A DNA stretch of 64,000 bases from a virus. Within the stretch, counting starts at the first letter, position 1. Every line of letters begins with the position of its first letter. Both the position numbers and the translations under genes were made by a program. The stretch spans positions 52,708 to 116,707 of the IMG/VR virus record IMGVR_UViG_3300033571_024432; one strand, 5' to 3'. Below the pieces are notes generated by a model. The model did not search any database and was not told the DNA's origin. It saw only the letters and a list, made by a program, of their open reading frames with translations. Positions 21,506-29,522 of the stretch are shown here, in pieces.

Positions 21506-22764
21506 TAAAAATTTAATATATTTTCTAAAGTGCTTTTCGAAATAAATATACCATATTTTTTCCATTTTTCGATATTATCTTCTATATAATCTAAAATATT
21601 TAAATCTACATTATATTTTGAAGTGTATTCTCTTGAAAGATAAGCATTTAATAGTTCATTAATAATATTTCTTATATAATCTATTTGTGTTTCATCCCTT
21701 AATCCTGTATTATGATTAATAGGTGCTAGAGTATTAAAATTTGTTAAAGTTTTAAACTGATTTAAATCAATTAATGAAAAATATTTCATTTTATCAATAG
21801 GTTGTATGTTTAACATTATTTTTTCCAAATGATTTAAAATATTTAAACTTATTCCTGTTTTTTTATTAATTTCTATTTTTAAATTATCATTAAACTCAAA
21901 TTCTGTTTCTCCATATTTTGAGTTTAAGTAAAATGTATTATTTGAAGTAATTACGCTGGTTATTTTATTGCAATATATTTTTTCGCCAGAATTAGTTATT
22001 ATTTTTTTTAAACCTAAAGAAATTTTATTATGTCCTGATATATCGTTTTCTGGTAAAAAATAAAATATATTATCGCCGCTGAAAAAATATGTATTAAATA
22101 AATTTGAATCTAAACGAGCTGTACACCATTTTGTATCATCTTTATTATTTAAAACAATATCCTCAGCTAACCAATTTGTTCTAGCCCAAAAAATTGAAGA
22201 CGCCATATTTAATGGACAAACTACTAAAAAGCCATCAATAATATTATTATTAAATGGATAGAATGTTTTATTTTTTTTTAATAAATTTTTTTCTTCAATG
22301 ATTCTGTTTAATCCTGATATTTCTGATTTTTCTTGTATTTTTTGATAAACAAATAATAATTTTTCATATGTATTTGTTGAATATTCATAGTTATTTTTAT
22401 TATAGTTTAACATAAAATCATAAATATAATCTTTAAAAATAATACCATTTGTTGTTTTTTTAGATGTAACATCTTTTTGTTGATATAAAAACAATAATGA
22501 TGTGCATATATTTTCTATATAATATTGTATATTTGATTCATTAAATTTAGAAATATCATTAATACATTCATATAAAACATCAATAAAAAAACGTCCTGGT
22601 GAATTTTGATTATATAAAGAATATTTTATATTAATATTTTCAAATGTTTCATTAATTAAATTGAAAATAACATTTTTTTCTTTTAAATTAAATAATTTAT
22701 ATTTTGTCTCAAATAAAATATTTTCTCTTATTATTTTTTTGAAATCTGCTAATTTAATTATCAA
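21502..22764 (-). CDS. Putative PcfJ-like domain protein with head-targeting-like leader
   Basis: VVCPLNMASSIFW...TKWCTARLDSNLFNTY; leader FKKIIRENILFE. Confidence 0.5.
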   Translation of the reverse strand: MIIKLADFKKIIRENILFETKYKLFNLKEKNVIFNLINETFENINIKYSLYNQNSPGRFFIDVLYECINDISKFNESNIQYYIENICTSLLFLYQQKDVTSKKTTNGIIFKDYIYDFMLNYNKNNYEYSTNTYEKLLFVYQKIQEKSEISGLNRIIEEKNLLKKNKTFYPFNNNIIDGFLVVCPLNMASSIFWARTNWLAEDIVLNNKDDTKWCTARLDSNLFNTYFFSGDNIFYFLPENDISGHNKISLGLKKIITNSGEKIYCNKITSVITSNNTFYLNSKYGETEFEFNDNLKIEINKKTGISLNILNHLEKIMLNIQPIDKMKYFSLIDLNQFKTLTNFNTLAPINHNTGLRDETQIDYIRNIINELLNAYLSREYTSKYNVDLNILDYIEDNIEKWKKYGIFISKSTLENILNFY

Positions 22765-22824
22765 TTTAATATATCCTTATATTTTATTCATAATTATATT
22801 TAAAAAAGTATAAGAGTTAGATAA

Positions 22825-23757
22825 ATGAAAGAAAAAACAATAAGATTATATATAAAAAATTTATTAGAATCTAAATTTTTAGCAATGGCTTCAGATGACT
22901 TAAATGCAGATAATATTAGTCGTTTTTTTAATCAAAGATTAAATTTTATAGATATAAAAAATGTAAATGATTTAAAAGATTATTTAATAGATATTTCTGG
23001 ACCTGATGTTTTTATTTCATTTACAAACCCATGGAATCAAAATATTCCTACTTTTTCAATAAATCCTATAGCAAAGTTTGGAACTCCACACGGAATATAT
23101 TTTTATCCCTTTGATATAAAAAATGCTATTAAATTTATAAATGAAGGTAAACCTACAAATGCTAATTTTGCAATCAGAAATGATTATTTTCATTTGTTAA
23201 AAGTAGATTTAAATCATCCAAGTGTATTGATATTAAATCAAGATGAAACAGTAAATAGAAAAGATTTATCAATTATTGAATTTAAAATATGTTTAAATGA
23301 AATAATAAGAATATGTAAAGAATACTCAAATATTGAAATAAATAAAAATGAATTATTTTTTGAATTAAAAAAATATAATAAACAATATAACAATTTTTAT
23401 ATAAAATTATATCAAATATGTGGTATAATATCAAAAAAAGTATCATTAAAAAATAATTCTGAATTATTTGGTTTATTATTAAATAGTTTGAATATAAAGT
23501 GTGTAATTGATCGTGGTTTAGGTGTAATACATCATAATGAACCTAATCAAATGCATATTTTACAATATGATGATAATGATAGTTTTTATGAATATATTGG
23601 CACTTTTAAAAATTTAATTAAAGATTACGTTTATTTTGAAGACAGAACTATTGCACAACCTAAAAAAGATTTTCAAAATATAAACAATTTATTAAAACAA
23701 AAATCATTAAATATCGATGATGTTATGAATAATCCTAATTTTAAAATTAATAATTAA
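22825..23757 (+). CDS. ART-like family paralogue 4 (minimal core)
   Basis: GPDVFISFTNP, GTPHGIYFYPFD, NIKCVIDRGLGVIHHNEPNQMHI; leader IRLYIKNLLE. Confidence 0.6.
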   Translation: MKEKTIRLYIKNLLESKFLAMASDDLNADNISRFFNQRLNFIDIKNVNDLKDYLIDISGPDVFISFTNPWNQNIPTFSINPIAKFGTPHGIYFYPFDIKNAIKFINEGKPTNANFAIRNDYFHLLKVDLNHPSVLILNQDETVNRKDLSIIEFKICLNEIIRICKEYSNIEINKNELFFELKKYNKQYNNFYIKLYQICGIISKKVSLKNNSELFGLLLNSLNIKCVIDRGLGVIHHNEPNQMHILQYDDNDSFYEYIGTFKNLIKDYVYFEDRTIAQPKKDFQNINNLLKQKSLNIDDVMNNPNFKINN

Positions 23758-23759
23758 TA

Positions 23760-23796
23760 TTACATACGTGAATATTTAAAATTTTTTATTTAAAAT
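23760..23796 (+). promoter_or_regulatory. Class A promoter (TTACATAC-GTGAAT-N17-TAAAAT)
   Basis: 15-nt identity with 59443-59457; 17-nt spacer. Confidence 0.8.
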
Positions 23797-23837
23797 TTTT
23801 TTATAACTACAAAATTTAATAATATTAAAAGAGTAAA

Positions 23838-24770
23838 ATGATGAATAGCATTTCAAAACTAAATAAACCTATTGAGAATAGTTATTGGGTAATACCTAAT
23901 ACATTTTTAGCTGCAGAATATCCTAGAACAATTGATGAAGATGAATCACATGAAAAAATAAAAAACATTTTAAAATCAGGTATTACATGTTTTGTTGATT
24001 TAACTGATGATAAGCATTTAAAAGAATATGAATATATTATCGATAAATATAAAAAAGAATATCCAGGTGTTAAAAGAATCAATTTTAAAATAAAAGATGG
24101 ATATACACCTAGTGTTGATTTTATGGATCAAATTTTAAATAAAATTGACGAATTATTATGTAATGGCGAAAAGATATATCTTCATTGTTGGGGCGGAATT
24201 GGAAGAACAGGTACTGTTGTTGATTGTTGGTTACATAAAAATGTTAATGGAAGAATTAATAATAATGTAGGTAAAAATAATTTTACAGGAAAAGTTGAAA
24301 GTGATCTAAATTTAGTTAAATTATGGTGTACTAATTTTAAAGCACTTAGAAAAAGAGAACCTAAAAAACCAACGAATCATAGACAAAGAATATTTGTAGG
24401 TAATTGGATTGATGAATATATCAAAAATAATAAATTAAATCAAACACATTTAAATGTAAATGAAGTTTTAAATAGAAATATAAATTTAGATTTAAATAGT
24501 TTAAATGAAAATTTATATAAAAATCTGATAAAAATTATTGATATTATGAATGTAAAAATAGAAGATAAAGAGTATTTTTGTCAAAATGTATTATTAAATT
24601 TACTTAAAAAATACAATAAAGTAAATATTGAAACGCAAAATTTTTCTTTAATTTTTCAAAATAAAAATAATGATTTTATAACTTTAAAATTTATAGATTT
24701 AAAAGAAAACAAAAAAATAAATACTTTTTTGTTTTGCAGTAATGGATTTAGACAAATAGAAGGTTTATAA
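23838..24770 (+). CDS. Protein tyrosine/dual-specificity phosphatase family protein
   Basis: CX5R loop HCWGGIGRTG; SYWVIP N-terminus; general-acid loop IKDG. Confidence 0.9.
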   Translation: MMNSISKLNKPIENSYWVIPNTFLAAEYPRTIDEDESHEKIKNILKSGITCFVDLTDDKHLKEYEYIIDKYKKEYPGVKRINFKIKDGYTPSVDFMDQILNKIDELLCNGEKIYLHCWGGIGRTGTVVDCWLHKNVNGRINNNVGKNNFTGKVESDLNLVKLWCTNFKALRKREPKKPTNHRQRIFVGNWIDEYIKNNKLNQTHLNVNEVLNRNINLDLNSLNENLYKNLIKIIDIMNVKIEDKEYFCQNVLLNLLKKYNKVNIETQNFSLIFQNKNNDFITLKFIDLKENKKINTFLFCSNGFRQIEGL

Positions 24771-24851
24771 TTATTTAAATTTTAAATAAAAAATTTTTAT
24801 AAAATAAAAAAAAATAAATAATAATAAAAATTTATAAAATAAAAGGTGAGT

Positions 24852-25415
24852 ATGATTGACCCTAAATTTATTGTATATACAGGTCCTATGTATGGATCAA
24901 AAACTACTAAATTGTTAGCGATGATTGATAGATTTGCTAGACAAAAGAAAAATGTGATTGCTTTTAAACCTAAAATAGATAATAGATATGCAGATTCATA
25001 TATACAATCTCATAATGGTGGTAAATTTACAGCATATCAAGTATCAAACGGACATGAACTATTAAATGAATTAAAAAAGCAAGAATTAAATAATAAAATT
25101 AATTATGATGTGATTGCAATAGATGAAGCATTTATGATTGATGATTGTTCAGATGCATTAATTGGATTATTTTGTAATGGTTATACAATTATTGTATCGT
25201 CTATTCAATTAGATGCACATTTTAAACCATTTACTGAAATTATGAAAATTATGCCTTATGCAACACAAATTGAAATTTGTCCCGCTGTATGTCCTATAAC
25301 AGGAAATGATGCTTACTATACAATGGCCAAATTTGATTATAAAGAAGTTACTGTTGGTGGAGACATTTTATATGAACCAAGAAGTTGGTCTGCATTCCCA
25401 ATAATCAAAGGATAA
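24852..25415 (+). CDS. tdk: Thymidine kinase (TK1 type)
   Basis: GPMYGSKTT, FKPKIDNRY, IAIDEAF, GG..YEP. Confidence 0.9.
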   Translation: MIDPKFIVYTGPMYGSKTTKLLAMIDRFARQKKNVIAFKPKIDNRYADSYIQSHNGGKFTAYQVSNGHELLNELKKQELNNKINYDVIAIDEAFMIDDCSDALIGLFCNGYTIIVSSIQLDAHFKPFTEIMKIMPYATQIEICPAVCPITGNDAYYTMAKFDYKEVTVGGDILYEPRSWSAFPIIKG

Positions 25416-25419
25416 AATC

Positions 25420-25824
25420 ATGACAAGACCTACTTGGAAAGAAATATGGATGAATGTAACAGAATTAATTGCACAACGTTCTCATCATCCTACATTTAAG
25501 GTTGGTGCAATTATTACATCAAATGATAATACACAAATTTTATCAATAGGTTATAATGGTAATGAAGCAGGAGGTAATAATATACCTGATAGCTGTGAGC
25601 CTGGTATGAGTGGATTATTACATGCAGAAATAAATTGTTTAATTAAATTAGATTATAATAATTATAAAGATAAAACAATGTGGCTAACGTTAAGTCCTTG
25701 TGCACAATGTGCAAAAGCAATTGTAAATGCTGGTATTAAAAGTGTTATATATAAAAATCAATATCGTGATATTGAAGGAATTAATATATTAGTAAATTCA
25801 GGAGTTAATGTCGAAAAATATTAA
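25420..25824 (+). CDS. dCMP deaminase family protein
   Basis: VGAII, IGYNG, HAE and SPCxxC zinc motifs. Confidence 0.9.
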   Translation: MTRPTWKEIWMNVTELIAQRSHHPTFKVGAIITSNDNTQILSIGYNGNEAGGNNIPDSCEPGMSGLLHAEINCLIKLDYNNYKDKTMWLTLSPCAQCAKAIVNAGIKSVIYKNQYRDIEGINILVNSGVNVEKY

Positions 25825-25841
25825 TAATTAATATATAAGTA

Positions 25842-25870
25842 TTGACAATATTTTATAATTAAAATATAAA
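25842..25870 (+). promoter_or_regulatory. Near-canonical sigma70 promoter (TTGACA-N17-TATAAA)
   Basis: Exact -35 hexamer, 17-nt spacer; upstream of 25887. Confidence 0.5.
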
Positions 25871-25886
25871 AAGGAATTATGTTATT

Positions 25887-26390
25887 ATGTTTCAATTGAA
25901 TGAAAATAGTATGAAACGTATTATGCGTGAGGAATATTTTAAAAGATTAAAACATTTTTTACAAGAAGAAATGTCTATAATGTATAAAAATGGTTCAAAT
26001 GAAATAGATGTATTGTCAGATGCTTCAAAATTAAAAGTAAGAAATGATAAAAGTGGTTTAGAATATACTGTTTTAAAATTTGATAAAGCTAATAAAAAGG
26101 TTGTATTATTATGTCCTGAATTTTCTAGATTTGATTCTAGTTATAAACCTAAATCAACAAAAAAATTAACTGAGGTTGATTTTGATAATGATGGTGTTGA
26201 TGATTTAAGTATTAAATTAAACAAAATAGATAGTTTATTAGACGATGAAGATGAAAAAGATTCTAGAAAAACAACGAATGATAAAATAAAATTAATGGAT
26301 TTTAATAAAGATGATGATTCAAGCATATCTAAAAATAAAGATTATATTATCGTTGATTTAGATGAATTTATTAAAGAATATAGTTTATAA
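25887..26390 (+). CDS. Acidic hypothetical protein with head-targeting-like leader
   Basis: MFQLNENSMKRIMREE...FLQEE; DxDxDG motif DFDNDG. Confidence 0.7.
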   Translation: MFQLNENSMKRIMREEYFKRLKHFLQEEMSIMYKNGSNEIDVLSDASKLKVRNDKSGLEYTVLKFDKANKKVVLLCPEFSRFDSSYKPKSTKKLTEVDFDNDGVDDLSIKLNKIDSLLDDEDEKDSRKTTNDKIKLMDFNKDDDSSISKNKDYIIVDLDEFIKEYSL

Positions 26391-26401
26391 AAGGATATAA
26401 A

Positions 26402-27133
26402 ATGTTTGATAAAAAATTAGAAAATTTAGTTAAACAAAGCGTTATTAAAACAATGAATGAAAATAACGTTTTATTAAAAAATAGTAATATTAAAAATGAA
26501 AATGAAAAAAAATTAAATGAAGCATATGTTGCACAACCAACAAACTTTAATTTAAATACTGAATTGTTATCAGAAAAAACAAAAATAGCCCATCAGGAAT
26601 TATTTGAAGGTTATATAAAAGAATTAAATACTGTTTCTGCAAAATTAGATACAGCTGATCGTGAAAATGTTAATCCAAATAATAGTCAATTTCGTTCTTT
26701 AAAATTAGATGAAATACATAATCATAATGCTTCATTTTTACACGGTTTATATTTTCAAAATATAAGCGATGTAAATAGTGAAATAACAGCAGATAGTTTA
26801 GCATTTATGAGAATTGAAAGGGATTTTGGAAGTTTTGATTTGTGGCAAGAAGATTTTATTGCTTGTTGTATGTCTTCAAGAAATGGTTGGGCTATGACTG
26901 TATATAGTTCAACATTAAAAAGATATATTAATACTATAGTAGATTTACATGATCAACATGTTTTAATAAGTTCTTTTCCTGTAATTGTTATGGATTGTTG
27001 GGAACATAGTTATTATAGAGATTATTTAAAAAATAGAAAAGCCTATGTATATGGTATGATGAAAGAATTAAATTGGAATGTCATTGAAGAACGTTTCAAA
27101 ATAGCAGATAAAATAGGAGCTTTAATTAAATGA
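26402..27133 (+). CDS. sod: Fe/Mn superoxide dismutase family protein with N-terminal extension
   Basis: Ligands KIAHQ, FLHGLYF, DCWEHSYY; RDFGSF; GWA; LNW. Confidence 0.9.
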   Translation: MFDKKLENLVKQSVIKTMNENNVLLKNSNIKNENEKKLNEAYVAQPTNFNLNTELLSEKTKIAHQELFEGYIKELNTVSAKLDTADRENVNPNNSQFRSLKLDEIHNHNASFLHGLYFQNISDVNSEITADSLAFMRIERDFGSFDLWQEDFIACCMSSRNGWAMTVYSSTLKRYINTIVDLHDQHVLISSFPVIVMDCWEHSYYRDYLKNRKAYVYGMMKELNWNVIEERFKIADKIGALIK

Positions 27134-28170
27134 TCAAAAGAAATAATTTAAATTATATTGAAAAACTTTTATTAGAAAAAAAACTGCCTAGTTTAAAAAT
27201 TTTATTAGAAGACGAAGAAAAACAATCAAAAACTAAAGAATCAAAACCTGCAGAAAATAAATCTTCAAGTACTGATTCATCAAGGCAAAGTAGTTCTGGT
27301 GATAGTGCGGCTGCAGATAATAACACGGGTGGTGATACAGGAGGTACTGGTGGTGGGTTAGATGATTTATTTGCAGATTCAGGAAGTGGTGGAGATACAG
27401 GCGACGGTGAAGAAGGTGGTGGAGATGTAGGTGGTGGAGATATTTTTGCAGGTGGAGGTGGTGATCCAAATGCGCAACAAGACATTAGTCAACAGTCTGC
27501 TGATCCTGAAAAGGAAAAGGATGAAAAGGAAAAGAAAATTAAAAAAGGTCTTAAATTAGCTGCAGATACATTATATGATGTGTCTAGCGGAGGCTTTGAC
27601 CCAAATATAAGTCATCAAATTACTCAGAATTTATTTGATATTAAAAATGAATCAAGATTTTACAATAAAAATAAAAAGAAGTTAATTGAAAATATTAGCA
27701 AATTTTTATTTAAAAATGTAAAAGATTATGATATTAAAAAATATAAAAAATTATCATTAAAAGATAAAAGTTTTTATTTAAACGAAAAAAAATTATTAAG
27801 AATGAATAAAATTTTATTAGAAAATGAAACTGACGATATTATAGGTGATAAATTTTGGCAAGAAAATGCACCAATTGATGCTATTGTAAATAATGCTGTT
27901 GAATTGACGAATAATTTTATAGATAAAGTTGATATACCATCATTAATTATAAATTCTGTATCTATTAAATTTGGTAAAATGGCAGGCGAAGAGCAAGAAG
28001 AAAATAAAAATGCGCCAAATGAATATAAGCAAAAATTGGCAGATTTTATTCAAAAATATACATCAGCATTAAAAAATATACCTGATTATAAAAATTATCC
28101 TACAGATAAATTTGCAGTTAATTCAAATATTCCTGATATTCAAGCAGTTGGTGCTTCAAATAGTCAATAA
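27130..28170 (+). CDS. Hypothetical protein with Gly/Asp-rich flexible linker
   Basis: GGDTGGTGGGLDDLF...; repeated LLE near N-terminus. Confidence 0.75.
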   Translation: MIKRNNLNYIEKLLLEKKLPSLKILLEDEEKQSKTKESKPAENKSSSTDSSRQSSSGDSAAADNNTGGDTGGTGGGLDDLFADSGSGGDTGDGEEGGGDVGGGDIFAGGGGDPNAQQDISQQSADPEKEKDEKEKKIKKGLKLAADTLYDVSSGGFDPNISHQITQNLFDIKNESRFYNKNKKKLIENISKFLFKNVKDYDIKKYKKLSLKDKSFYLNEKKLLRMNKILLENETDDIIGDKFWQENAPIDAIVNNAVELTNNFIDKVDIPSLIINSVSIKFGKMAGEEQEENKNAPNEYKQKLADFIQKYTSALKNIPDYKNYPTDKFAVNSNIPDIQAVGASNSQ

Positions 28171-28209
28171 AAAATAAACATTATAAAAAAAAGAATATAA
28201 TTTTATATT

Positions 28210-28638
28210 ATGAAAGATAACAATAAAAATAAAGGATTGTCAATTCAAACAGAGGCTGAAAAATTTGGTATTGCTCAAAAATATATTATGCGAGTTAGTA
28301 CAACTCATCCTCAAATGAGATTTTTTAAATCTTTATTGGTTTTAAGAGATTTAACAACACAAGATTTTTTTCATACATTTTTTAGATTAGTAATGGATGA
28401 AGATGAAAAAATAGTTGGTTTAATTGAAGAAGCTTATAAAATGAAAAAAGACAAGAGCATATCTAGATTAGTAAATCATGATAAGGAAAATATATATGAG
28501 CTTATTGAAAAACATTCTCCAATTGATCCAGGAGGAATTGGAGAAACAGAGTATAATGAATCAGAGTGGGGACCAAAAAATTATAAACAAAGACTTAGAG
28601 TCAACAGAGAAATATGTTCAAGAGACTCAGACGAATGA
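28210..28638 (+). CDS. Hypothetical protein (possible ribbon-helix-helix-like N-half)
   Basis: Short strand then two helices (KYIMRVS...FFKSLL...TQDFFHTFF); 3' end overlaps next gene. Confidence 0.55.
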   Translation: MKDNNKNKGLSIQTEAEKFGIAQKYIMRVSTTHPQMRFFKSLLVLRDLTTQDFFHTFFRLVMDEDEKIVGLIEEAYKMKKDKSISRLVNHDKENIYELIEKHSPIDPGGIGETEYNESEWGPKNYKQRLRVNREICSRDSDE

Positions 28639-28960
28639 TGATATTATAAAAAGAATTTCAAAAATAGAAAACAAAATATCTGAAATTGAAAAATTACAAG
28701 ATTTATCTATTAAAAATATATTGCAATTTGATAAAAATTTAAAAACATTAAATGAAGATTTTGCTTTAATAGCAAAAACAATTACTGATATTTTATATTT
28801 TTTTAATAGCATAAAGATTGTAAATTTAGATGAAGATTTAAATGAAGATTTAGATGAAGATTTAAATGAAAAAGATAAAGAAGAATCTGAAAATGATAAT
28901 AGTGAAACGATTGAAGATCTTGACGAATTTATAAAAAGAAATAAAAAAAAATATCAATAA
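28496..28960 (+). CDS. Coiled-coil acidic protein, possible head scaffold/internal protein
   Basis: ATG 28496 after AAGGA; MSLLKNILQLIQEE; tail LDEDLNEDLDEDLNE. Confidence 0.65.
   Translation: MSLLKNILQLIQEELEKQSIMNQSGDQKIINKDLESTEKYVQETQTNDDIIKRISKIENKISEIEKLQDLSIKNILQFDKNLKTLNEDFALIAKTITDILYFFNSIKIVNLDEDLNEDLDEDLNEKDKEESENDNSETIEDLDEFIKRNKKKYQ
28826..28870 (+). repeat. 24-bp tandem repeat (about 1.9 copies) encoding LDEDLNED
   Basis: TTAGATGAAGATTTAAATGAAGAT followed by a near-complete copy. Confidence 0.8.
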
Positions 28961-29026
28961 TAAAAAAATTATTTATAATTTAAATCGATAATTATTGTTT
29001 ATATAATAAAGCATCGAGGTAAATAT

Positions 29027-29521
29027 ATGAAAATTAATCTAAATGAAAAAACAGTTAGAGCCTTAGCAAGAAATATTTTATTTGAATCAAATGAAAAAAT
29101 AAATTTGCACGAAATGAGTTTATCTCCTGATAAAACAGGTGGAGGTAATAGTAATATTAATACTACTGCTAATAATCAAAAAGCAGATATTTTCAAAAAA
29201 GGGCCAAAAACTTCATCAATAAAAAAACAAAAAGAATACGGCGAAAAAGAATTTGAAGTCGATGATGAATTACCTATTAATGACAAAAAATATGGAGGTA
29301 ATATTTCTTATGAAATGTCACCAAATTTTTATGAAACATCAGAAGGTGATGTTGAAAATTATTTAGATAATGACGATTTTTATCCTCCAAAAGCAACATT
29401 ACCAACTGTTATGACAAAAATTGGTAAAGAAATTGGTAAAGAAGTTAAAGATAGTAATGTTAAAAAATATTATGATGAATTAAAATCTTTAAGCAAAAAA
29501 TATTTAAAGGATAATAAATAA
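29027..29521 (+). CDS. Hypothetical protein with head-targeting-like leader
   Basis: MKINLNEKTVRALARNILFE; GAGGT RBS. Confidence 0.75.
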   Translation: MKINLNEKTVRALARNILFESNEKINLHEMSLSPDKTGGGNSNINTTANNQKADIFKKGPKTSSIKKQKEYGEKEFEVDDELPINDKKYGGNISYEMSPNFYETSEGDVENYLDNDDFYPPKATLPTVMTKIGKEIGKEVKDSNVKKYYDELKSLSKKYLKDNK

Positions 29522-29522
29522 A

